From assembly GCA_051362555.1 (NCBI GenBank), contig CM120640.1, forward strand, positions 2,666,001-2,730,000: a DNA stretch of 64,000 nucleotides, written 5' to 3'. Shown here piece after piece: positions 48,558 to 61,100 of the stretch; the first letter of the stretch is position 1; each line of letters begins with the position of its first letter. The notes below the pieces were generated by a model. The model did no database searches, was not told the DNA's origin, and was given only the letters and a program-made list of their open reading frames with translations. The DNA is from Lingula anatina (Eukaryota > Animalia > Brachiopoda). The position numbers and the translations under genes are program-made.

Positions 48558-51017
48558 GCCGGTGTACCATGAAAATCTGACTCCCCTAAAATGTGACTCC
48601 CCAGTCAGATTTTCATTATGAAAATCTGACTCCCCAGTCAGATTTTCATAATGAAAATGTGACTCCCCCTATGAAATTTTGACTCCCCCCCAAAAAAACA
48701 TTCATTAATCTCATTTTATTTGAGTAAATGACTATGATTTTGTAGTATGCATAATGGATGATACATTGGCACTTTTTTTGTAGTTTGCAGGTGAAAATTT
48801 TCATAAAAAAAAAGAAAAATTAAAAATGTGCACATAATGAAAATGTGGTTACCCTATGAAAATTTGACTCCCCTACAAAAAAAACATTCATTAATCTCTA
48901 ATTAATTTAGTATATGCCTGTGATCTTGTAGTATGTAAAATGGTTGATACATTGGCACATTTTTTGTAGTTTGCAGTGAGAATTTTAATGAACAAATAAG
49001 AAAATTAAAAATGTGCACATAATGAAAATCTGACTCCCCCATGAAAATTTGACTCCCCCGTCACAAAACTTCATAAATCTTAGTTTATTTTGAGTATATG
49101 ACTGTGATCCTGTAGCATGTAAAATGGTTGATACATTGGCACATTTTTTGTAGTTTGCAGTGAAAATTTTAATAAAAAAAATGAGAAAATTAAAAATGTG
49201 CACATAATGAAAATCTGACTCCCCCATGAAAATTTGACTCCCCAACCACAAAACTTCATAAATCTTAGTTTATTTTGAGTATATGACTGTGATCCTGTAG
49301 CATGTAAAACAGTTGATACATTGGCACATTTTTTGTAGTTTGCAGTGAAAATTTTAATGAAAAAATAGTGACATGCTTGGTGGTAGCTTATTCATATGTC
49401 GCAGCTTAAAGGAAAAAATATTAAATATGAAACATTTGATTTGTAAGATGGGTCGTCAAAGTCCTATGGGCGCAAGAATGCATACTTATTATCCTTTTTG
49501 CTTAATTAACCCCCATCTTTCATCCAGCTTTGGGGGAAATAATGTGAAAACAAAAGCAAGTGTTTTGTTGGGTATGCTATAAAAGAAGAATTAAATAAAA
49601 AGGCAATGGGGCCAATTTCTTGTGTTAAAAATGTAGTGCTTTGACATGGGAGTGCAAAACCTACAAGAATGAAGATGGATACTTGTTTTAAAAATATTGA
49701 CCAAAATTTTCATCATCAAACTTTCAAATAATGACAAAATATCCATCTCTATGCAAACTATGTGGAAAACAGTGGTATGGTGACTGAATATAAAATAGAT
49801 CCTTTTCTCCATGGGAGTCCAAATCTCATGGGTGTAAAAATAAAGATTTTCATGATTTCTTTTTCATGCTTTCACTATTTTATCATCAAACCTTTAAATA
49901 TTTCCAATATATTTTTCATAAAGTATCCTAAAAGAAAAGGTGTTGAAATGATCATCAAATATTAAATAACTTTTTCATAGGGGAGACAATAGGCGATTAA
50001 GTGGACATTTTTAATTTTCTTATTTTTTCATGAAAATTTTTACCTGCAAATTACAAAAAAAGCGCCAATGTATCCCCCATTTCACATATACAAGATCACA
50101 GTCACATACTCAAAATAAAATAAAATAAGATTTATGAAGTTTTGTGGAGGGGCAGTCATATTTTCATGGGGAAGTCAGATTTTCATTATTTGCTCATTTT
50201 TAATTTTCTTACTTTTTCACTTAATTTTTCACCTGCAAACTACAAAAAATGTGCCAATCTATCCTCCTTTTTACATACTACAAGATCACAGTCATATACT
50301 CAAAATAAAATAAGATTTATGAAGTTTTGTGGAGGGGGAGTCAAATTTTCATGGAGGAGTCAGATTTTCATTTTGTGCACATTTTTAATTTTCTTATTTT
50401 TTCATTAAAATTTCCCCTGCAAACTACAAAAAATGTGCCAATGTATCAACTATTTTACTTACTACAAGATCAGAGACATATACCCAAAATAAAATAAGGT
50501 TTATGAAGTTTTATGATGGGGGAGTCAAATTTTCACAGGGGAGTCAGATTTTCATTTTGTGCACATTTTTAATTTTCTTTATTTTTCATTAAAATTTTCA
50601 CCTTCAAACTACAAAAAATGTGCCAATGTATCCTCCATTTTACATACTACAAGATCACAGACATATACCCAAAATAAAATAAGATTTATAAAGTTTAATG
50701 ATGGGGGAGTCAAATTTTCATGGGGGAGTCAGATTTTCATTCTGTGCTCATTTTTAATATTCTTATTTTTTCATTTGAATTTTCACTGCAAACTACAAAA
50801 ATGTGCCAACGTATCATCCATTTTACATACTACAAGATCACAGTCATCTACTCAAATAAAATAAGATATATGAAGTTTTGTGGAGGGGGAGTCAAATTTT
50901 CATGGGGGGAGTCAGATTTTCATTATGAAAATCTGACTGGGGAGTCACATTTTCATAATGAAAATCTGACTGGGGAGTCACATTTTCATGGGAGTCAGAT
51001 TTTCATGTTACACCGGC
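48558..51017. mobile_element. Foldback-type non-autonomous DNA transposon with long modular inverted arms
   Basis: Ends GCCGGTGTA(C/A)CATGAAAATCTGACTCCC in inverted orientation, flanked by a TCT direct repeat (48555-57 / 51018-20). Arms (48558-~49365, ~50003-51017) are built of ~30-bp and ~185-bp tandem units around a non-coding core. Confidence 0.85.
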
Positions 51018-51282
51018 TCTAATAAACTAGCATATGAAAACTGGCACTATGAAAAGTCCTGTAATTGTAAAACCTCCATTCCATACTGAGGAACTAACAT
51101 GGAACACCTGCTTAAACTGCTGCACTTTTCAACTGAGCTACATGAACATTATACAATATTATTTATTTCTCTATAATGCACCATGGCCTGACTCTTATGA
51201 ACACAACTGAGGCCTTTTGGAGATTGGCAGTATTGTCAGTGCCTAGGACTTCCATACTTCTCATCACTGGACACCCCCCTTC

Positions 51283-52078
51283 CTAGTGCTGGATAACATA
51301 CACAGCTACCACCAGCAGTAGTGTCATAACACATGAAGAGACCTGTGTGTGAGTGGCTGTGGTATAGGTACATGGGATCTCTATATCCCTCAGTGCTGGA
51401 CACACCCCCTGGTCTGCCAGGGTGGTCTCTGCCGCGTCCTGGTGAGCACAGGTGCCATTGATGATCCTGTAGGCTCCAGAGTTGACCACACTGGAAGAGA
51501 TAAAAATATAATGTTTGATAATAGAGATAAGCTTACCTATCCTGCTTTTTTTTAAAGTTGAAACTTTTATGAAAATGTACTATCTATAAATATAGTTAGT
51601 TTCTCTTAGGCCATAAAGTTATTGTGATATCATTAGGACTGAATCATTTTTTACCTATGTTATAGGTACTACTCTGTTAAAACAGGATTAATCATGCATC
51701 ACATTGCCACATACTTTAAAATCATTTAATAAAGACTCTCCTCTAAAGAAACAACTAAGTGAATTCTGTGGTTACTGTACACTTTTTACTTGAATACCAG
51801 AGAAGATAACAGCAAACTAATAGAAACAAGCATGACTGTACAAACCTCCTTGCTATTTTGCAGTTGAAATTAAAAAAGATGGTTTCAGTGTATTCCTTGA
51901 AGTCTTCAATTACCAGCAGAAACAGATTGGTCTTAGGCAGTTCTGTCACATAGTAGAAGCCAGACATACACGGACCTGACACATTGCCTGTTATCATGTG
52001 ACTTGGACCTAAAAATCAATAATATTTCATTTCCATTTAACCACATAAGAGTTTCTCAACTCTTTCTCTCTCTTGCAT

Positions 52079-52122
<44 letters not shown>

Positions 52123-55100
52123 CCTACTAGAATTTTTAATTTTTAAATATTTCAAAATCAATATTCTTATAAAATCAGTCTGGTGAGTTGTGCATATGAA
52201 AAGAAAAATTATCAAGGAAGAAGCAGAGAAACTTATATCCAGATGTTTATAAATATGTACAGCGCATACAGCAGAAAGCAGTTCTATGTTTCACCTAATG
52301 CAGAAGAGTTTGCCTCGAAGCTGACCACATCCTGAATACAACCATATGTGTTGGAAAACTTTGGGATAGGACCTTTGTTCTTGTAATAGTTGTCCTGTTC
52401 CTCTGGATTGGTGGGAGTGCCTTCTAATGTGACCTGTTTTGAAAATACATGTAATTATCTCAGAAGTAGTGTAAATTGTTTGTCTTTTGTTCAGTATACT
52501 TGCCCTTACCTATTTCTTCTAAAGTAAAGTTTACAATTCTTTTTTGAGAACTCCCATTTAATACAAAGACATATTAAAAATGTTTGACATAATACAAAGG
52601 TGTCATTATTATTATTTTTCTAGCATAAAAGAGAAAGAGAGACCTTACCTTGGGAGCATAAGGCGATATACTGCAGGAACCCTGGAAGTCTAGAGATTCT
52701 TTCCGCTGAAAAAACCCATGCTTATAAATCAGCTCTCTCATGATTTCTCCTTGTTTCTTCCCCATTGTCACTCCTTTATATTTGCTGGTATCCAGGCTGC
52801 TGGCGTTCAGGAAGTCAGGGTCAGCTATAAGGTTAGCTCTGTCATCAAACAGGTAACATCTGGAAGATTTCAGCAGCTTATAAGAATAAGAATATAATGA
52901 TATCCAAACAAATAAGTACTTTTATTGATAGGTGGAGCTATTTACAAAGATTATCAAAAGAATTGTCAAGTTAAAAAAATTGTTTGTCAGTTTTTTTTAA
53001 GCTGTAAAAGACTTGTTATATAATTGGCAACAAACTATAATTGGTTTTAAACAAAAATCCCTTTACATATGAGGAAATTGACAAAATGTTCAGTGGTTGT
53101 TAAATACATATATAAAAAGAATTGAATAAAAGGGCACAGAAGGGTACCTTAGTACACATTTTGCTCATTTTTGAAATTTGAATAGAATTGTAATTTCTAA
53201 TGTGCCTATTGAACTACCTAGTTTCACAGTCTGGCTCTCCATCAGGACAGTCATACTTCATCCCACACGACTTTATGCCATCACTGGCCTGCATGATAGC
53301 CATGGTGTTCTTGTGGAAGTCATTGTACAGTATGTCCAGGCACGTGATGGCCTCCACACGCTCTGTGGCACAGCGACGACGTTCTCGGTTATGACCTGGG
53401 GCCTTGCTCAGATAACATCTTCCTATAGGAAATAACAGCAGTAATAGTAAAGACTTGGTAATATTTCTATAGTAAAAAAGAGGCATGTCCACTTAGGAAG
53501 AAAAACTATACATTATTTATACTTCTGCTGAAATAAGTGTGACATTCAGGAATTTTACAATAGCATCTGAAGGATGCCTTAATTGCACTTCACAGTAATA
53601 TTGAATGATACAAAATTGACACTTTACACGCATTACTACAAACCAAGACAAAGTGATATTCCTGGAATCCTGAATCACCTATTCCCACTGATGCCGATAT
53701 CCCAGCACTCTTAATACATGTCTCAACGCTCATATAAAACAAACAATGCAATACATACATGATTCACAATGGCTGGACCTTCCATCCACTCACCTACAAT
53801 ACAATCAGAGTCAGAGTCACACACACAGCCGCCCGGCCAGGGCCCAGTTTTGGAGTAATTCTGGCAGTTCTCCGTGGTTCTTGGTGTCATGCCTTCAAAC
53901 ACTGCCTGCGATATAGTTACAATCTTCCCCACTCCTGCGGCGTCCATGTAGGGGGTGGAGATGGACGTCTTGTCAGGGGTGGACTTGGCACGGAAGAACC
54001 AAGGTCGCCTACAGAGTTTGAGATTAGTATTAAGATGTTATATCTTAATTTGTTGCGAAGTGTGCATCATTATATAAAAATTTACAATATTTTGTGCTTT
54101 ATAACATTGTTTTAATTTACAAATTGTTTTAAAATTGTTTAAATTTACAAATTGCAAACATCCATATCTCATTTTCATCACATTAGTTTCTTTTTAAAAC
54201 ACTGCTCATATCTTGTTTCCAAACAAGTAATCTCAAATCACAAAATTTTCATTAGCATTTTTTTTTAATATACATATGTAGCTACAGCATAGAATACAGT
54301 TTCTACAAAAGTTTCATGAAAACTCACTGTGAGGGGTCATATGTCCTGGTTGACCTGTGACCTGGGTATGTCCTGAATACCCCTGTCCTCATTCCTACAT
54401 ATGTCCACTTCACTTCATTGAGAGAATCAAATGACCTGTTCCTCCAATGGGCCTCTATAGGCTGTGTGATCAGGACATCAGCTCTGGGGATAATAAATAT
54501 CATTTAATAGTATTCTATATAGGCTGTGTGATCAGGACATCAGCTCTGGAGATAATAAATATTATTTAATAGAATTCTCTATAGGCTGTGTGATCAGGAC
54601 ATCAGCTCTGGGGATAACAAATATCATTAAATAGTATTCTCTATAGGCTGTGTGATCAGGACATCAGCTCTGGGGATAATAAATATTATTTAATAGAATT
54701 CTCTATAGGCTGCGTGATCAGGACATCAGCTCTGGGGATAATAAATATTATTTAATAGAATTCTCTATAGGCTGTGCGATCAGGACATCAGCTCTAAGGA
54801 TAACCAATATCATTAAATCAAATTTCTAACAATTTATGATATTTCTTCCAAATTTAAAATTAAGATATATGAGAACAAAGACATGGCTAAAAGGGAACTG
54901 GCCTACTCAAAATTTTCTTTTTAATGAGAACTTTATGGCAACCGTTTTTCACCTAAACATCTGCCAAGCTGTAATTTTAATCCACATTGACATATACTGG
55001 TTCATAATCATTTGACCTTAATATATGTGTCAATAAAATTCTATCAAGTCTCACCTTAGACCCTTTTCATATTTTCCATTTTCCATATTTTCACATCCTG

Positions 55101-58100
55101 GCATCTCCTCATCCACGCTGTTCATCCACAGATGAGCATCCACTGTCTTCTGCGCCAAGTCATCGTTATAAAAGTACTTGTTTGGATCACAATAACACTT
55201 TGGTGCTAGGAATATACTGGAGTGGAGATAAGTGACACGTAAACCTGGATATTTAGGTTCGTTATATTTGACTTCGAGGTACTCAAACGCCCCTGGAACT
55301 TCTCTCCGAGCCACGGTACTGTTGTATTCAATGAGAAGGTTGAAGTAGCTCTTATTCACTGGAGCATGAAACCTGGTCTTGTCTACTGGCTCCTGAGATC
55401 TTCTGAATTCCTGGGAAAAGATATTAACATATTTATAACATAAAGTAGTTTCATGGTGTTTGCAAAGTTTTTTTTTTTTTCTTTTTGTAGTTTTTCCTTT
55501 GTACAATATGAAATCATGTAAATTCATGAAAGTCCTGTAAAGACCTTCATGTGGAATCAGAGGCCTGACCACAACAATGTTTTTTTTTTAATAAGATAGC
55601 ATCATTATTAAATGAGTCCTTCAATAACAAGACACCAATTTGAATTTATATAAAACAATCTGAAAAATTCAAATTATAAAAATATTGAACAGTCTAATCT
55701 ACTTTCACCACCAGGCCACATTTCCCACCTGATCAGTGTCTGCCAGACTGAAGGCAAAGGAATATTCTGAATCATTCAGAGCACCATAGTAATATGTTGA
55801 AGGCATGATCTCATATTTGATTCCTGCCCTGAAATCACCCTGTAAAATTTACAAATTATAATATCATTATTATATCAATTATTTTATCAGTCAGATGTTA
55901 GTATAGCCCTTTACTTACAGTAATATACCTAACTAAAAATCTAATAGCTTATAATGAATTATTTAAAGACTACTGTCAGTGCTCACTATTTTTTATTTAT
56001 TTTATATATTTGAAATAACCATGACAAATTTAGTTCAGAAAATAATAAAGCTTATGATTTTTCTCTTGCTTTGTAACCTTTCATAATTAGTTAAAGCAAA
56101 CATTTCCGAGTCTCTGAAAATCCTTCCCCATATTTTCTGACCTTAGGTGATCCCCGTCTGCCGTTCTCAATCCTGAGGTGTCCCGTTTCCCCCTGGACCA
56201 TCTCAGAGAGGACCTTGGAGAACTCCGTAGGATGCCCCTCCTTGTCCTGCTCCAGCTGAGAGATGGGGATAAAGATGGGGTCATCCAGGAGCTAGAAGGG
56301 GGCGGTGAAATTAGATTATTTTTATGACAATGATGAGAGATGTTACCTGTTGTTTTATAAAAGACATGAACTATGATTTCTACATAGGCTTAGAAATAAT
56401 GTGATCAATTATATTACAACATTGGATATCATTTAAGCACCTGTCTAACTACTATTCTAACATGATAAATGTAAGGATACCATAAGTTACATTAAGTTTT
56501 GCTTTATTTTTGTTGTGTTTAATGTAACATTATATTGTATCACCCCATTAAATCAAAATTGAATTAACAACAAATCTAAAATTACATTGGTGCTTGGTTT
56601 GAGGAAGGGATGGAATATTGTTTCTCCCTCTTTGTTGATCAGGAATGAGTACACAGAGCCCCACTGGTATCTCTTCAGCACATTTTCCAGGTCTTCTATA
56701 GTAGCATCAACTCCCACCACACCTATGGTACTGAAACAAGTATACAATATCTGAGTATAGATCAAGTATTGGTTAATACCATTTTAAACAGAATGTGGCA
56801 AGTTCATTATTTAAAATGTGCTTTTATTGCATTTAAAAACAACATCTTGTATTCATTCTGTGAGAGAAATTGAGATCGTTTAATAAGAACTTATATGTCA
56901 ACTTATGTAAACAATGCAAAAAAATGACAGAATTATGACACCATTACAAATACACAGACATGATTTTGGGTTGTTAGAAAAATAAGTGGTTCAGTGGCCT
57001 TATGACCTGGGTATCTGGGAAAAGAAAAGAAAAAAAATTGATTTTTGATTTATGTCGAAAAAAAAATTATAAGGACAACTACACAACAACACAATAATAA
57101 AACTGACAGACTTTGACAGACTTTGACAGATTATCACAAACGCATTCCTGTAAGAAGATTAAAACATTTTTCTACATAATTTCTGCACACTTACTTCCCA
57201 GTGATGTTGCTGACTACTGGTATAACATAAGACACCAGTAACCCCAGTCCCCAGGCATCCAAATATGGGGAGGTCCACAGACCCTTGGTGTTCATTGCAT
57301 TAGAGGAGAGGAAGTTGAAATAATTGCTCATCTTTGAGATAAGGTTTTCTCCACTGTCTATCCTCTTCATACTTCCCCTGTGTTCACAGGCAAGTTTCCC
57401 TGGGAAGATTTCACCATCTTCTTTGGTCAGGTAGCTAAATATTCTGGCCTGATTTAGTGATGGATGTAAAATCTTACATTAAGGTTGACAATTCCCACTT
57501 TGTGAGTTCGTAAAAGAAATAATTCTAAATATTTATAGTGTTTTTGGTTATTTAAAGACAACTATTTGATAAGATGAAAAGTGCTTTTAATGAAACAAAT
57601 TCTCAATAATAGTTGTTTTTAATTAAGATTCAAATATTACTCAATTTTGAAAAGTTATATAAATTTGATTACAGTAAACAAACCACAGGAGACAAAGAAA
57701 AAGAAATATTCCAACACTGGTCCGCATATAGTGCATACCTTAGGTGTCATCTGCTGGTTTTCATTCTTGACAGTGTCCCACACCTTAGTCCAGTTATATT
57801 TACATATAGGCCCTGGCACATAGCCACTCCTGGTATAGTAACCTGTAGACAAGGAACTGGGCATCTTTTTTATGTTATTATGAAAACAAATAATGATCAA
57901 CCAGGGCAGTACAACTATCCATCTACTGCCCCTTTCATCTTTTTGTTATTTTTACAGCACAAATGCTGAGGAAGAAGAAAAATTCTACCCCTTTACATCC
58001 TCATTATAATTCCCATCCCTGTGCACCCTACTAGTAAGATCTTTTACCCTAACTGTGAAACAAAACAAAATCACTAGTACACTTTATAATACAAATGTAT

Positions 58101-61100
58101 ACATATATGATAATACATACTACACCAGGATTATTTCCAGCATTTCCCTTCAAACACATCTTGTCCATCATGTCATACCTAATAATACTCTAGACCATCC
58201 AATGCTATCACAGTATCTGTCAGAGCTCCCCACTCACCTGGTCCACACCTGACATTTTCACCATCTGTATCCTTGCCGTCAGTCACAAACACCAGGATGG
58301 ACTGGCAACCTGTTCTGGCTTTTCCATTCAACAAGTCAAAGGCCATCTCAAAGCCTTTCCTAGGGACAAAAAAGTCTATACATACCAAGTGTAGTCCAAG
58401 TTTATTAATAATTCTATTTTTTCCGCATTCTACCATATGAAAAACAATGTTTCTTAAGTCTTCTAATAAAAAGCACAACTAGATTTTTTAACAGTTTTCT
58501 GTGTATTGGTGATTTTTTTTATTAAACACTTCTTTAAAATTTTGTATTTCTTCTCCATGCCTCTAAAATAAGATCAAATTACATAGGCTGTCAGTCTGTC
58601 ATTTTTTTTCTGCACTATGTCAATTGCGATATATAATTATATATTTTACAACCACATACTCCAATTCACTGGTGCCACCAGCCTCAAGTGCATATATCTT
58701 CTCAATGAGATCCTTCCTGTGAGCATTGGTGGCTGGCACCATTCTGTTGGCCTGACAACTGAGCACCTGAGTACGGAAGTGGTGCCACCTAGTGACAGAA
58801 TTGATAACCACTGAATAAAATACATATAAAATACAATGAATAAATTAATAAATAATTTAAACAAAAACATAAAAACCATTAGTCTCTATCACAAAAATGG
58901 AAAAGCCAGATTTATGCTTGCAGTGAAAAATATAGTGTCTACAATATAATTACTAATTCTGAATAGAATAATATTCTTCAACAAATTCAAAATCTCAAAT
59001 GGTACATCACGTCAGGAGTCAAAAAAATTTCTCATACACATGTTGTGTAGTACTTACTTTCCCACCTCATCTCAGTGACTAGCTCTAGCACACACACTGT
59101 GTAGTACTTACTTTCCCACCTCATCCCAGTGACTAGCTCTAGCACACACACTGTGTAGTACTTACTTTCCCACCTCATCCCAGTGACTAGCTCGAGCACA
59201 CACACACTGTGTAGTACTTACTTTCCCACCTCATCCCAGTGACTAGCTCGAGCACACACACTGTGTAGTACTTACTTTCCCACCTCATCCCAGTGACTAG
59301 CTCGAGCACACACACTGTGTAGTACCTACTTTCCCACCTCATCCCAGTGACTAGCTCGAGCACACACACTGTGTAGTACTTACTTTCCCAACTCATCCCA
59401 GTGACTAGCTCTAGCACACACACACACTGTGTAGTACTTACTTTCCCACCTCATCCCAGTAACTAGCTCGAGCACACACACTGTGTAGTACTTACTTTCC
59501 CACCTCATCCCAGTGACTAGCTCGAGCACACACACTGTGTAGTACTTACTTTCCCACCTCATCCCAGTGACTAGCTCTAGCACACACACACTGTATAGTA
59601 CTTACTTTCCCACCTCATCCCAGTGACTAACTCGAGCACACACACTGTGTAGTACTTACTTTCCCACCTCATCCCAGTGACTAACTCTAGCACACACACA
59701 CTGTGTAGTACTTACTTTCCCACCTCATCCCAGTGACTAGCTCTAGCACAGACCACATTGACATAGTCCTGCCGGGTCAGAGTATTGATCACCGCCTTGG
59801 CTATGGACTTGGTGATACGAAACTTCTCTCCATCCATTGACTTACTATGGAAGAGATTTATTCATGAAAGAACTGAATGAACATTTCCCCCCTTTTTAGG
59901 AGGGTTCAAAGGTAAAAAAAAGACATTACTCCTACATTTTAAAACCATTATAAGCAATTATAAACAGGAATGGTCCAAGAATAAAAAATAAAACAAACAG
60001 AAATGAATGTTAAATTGTATGACTTCAGTATGCAATCCGTTTCTTATCATGAGCAGTGAAACTATTTTAACAAATCTGAGACTGCCACATCCAATGATAA
60101 ATCCAAAAAATAGAAGCAATGACATCCTGAAGCTCTCTACAGGGGGCCCAGGGGGAACACATAATAGAACCAAAACTATTCCAAAATCCAGAGAAATTCT
60201 TTAACCTTTTATCTCTACACACCACAGCTCACCTGCAGTCAAGAATAATAACAACATCCTTAGGCCCACTGGTAGCAGCTATGTACCAGGGTCGGACTCT
60301 GGGGTCGTAGTCATTGTAAAACCCAGCAAAGTTGGTGCCCCACTCCCTGCCTGGATACAACCTGACCAGACCAGCATAGGAACCAAAGTACTGCCACCTT
60401 CAATATTACACAGATAACTGTAGGACTACATTTAATATATACAAAATACATTTACAGAATTTTTAGTAGTTCTAAAAGCCTGTAAATTTAAAGATATTTT
60501 TACTCTCAATAAATTATCATTATCGGCAAACAGTTCACAAATTACAGATAAAGTTATCAAGAAAATTACAGAAACCAAGACAGACCTAAGAAAGCGATCC
60601 TTCTTTGCATTTTCTTTGAATAATTCTTCCAACCCATTGGTGAAATTGACAGTATTTATCACCAAGTAGTCATCTCTGGGGACCTCATCTGAGATCTTGA
60701 CTGTGGAATGGTTAAAACTTACTGGCTGTTTGAAATATCTGGTATTAAACAGAGAAAAAGTTTAACATATAACCATAGTAACAGGGAACAATTATTTGGT
60801 AAAGATATAAAACCAAGGTAGATAAATCCAACAATGAGATGCAGCAGTGGTAAAAAATTCATATCCATATAAGGTAATTTAAATCAGTAATGAAATGATC
60901 AGTTTATTCTCTGCCTCGACACAAATTTGCTAAATGACAGAAACCAATTGGATTTTACTAGCTGGCTAAACAAACTGCTGGTTCAGGATTAATATTACTT
61001 TCTGTAGCTTAATTTTTCCTGTTTAATATAAATATAAATATTAATACATAGTATGTATACATATACTTACGCGCTAAACTCCAGATCTTGTGGAAGTCTA

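Noticed and set aside
48985-51022. Several similar 88-101-aa ORFs as a transposase or gene family
   Set aside because: They derive from the ~185-bp arm repeats of the foldback element; no DDE or other domain motif.
59187-59589. 18-aa repeat protein (ELVTGMRWESKYYTVCVL)n
   Set aside because: Out-of-frame reading of the intronic 54-bp donor minisatellite, with no start context; it lies inside the CACHD1-like intron.
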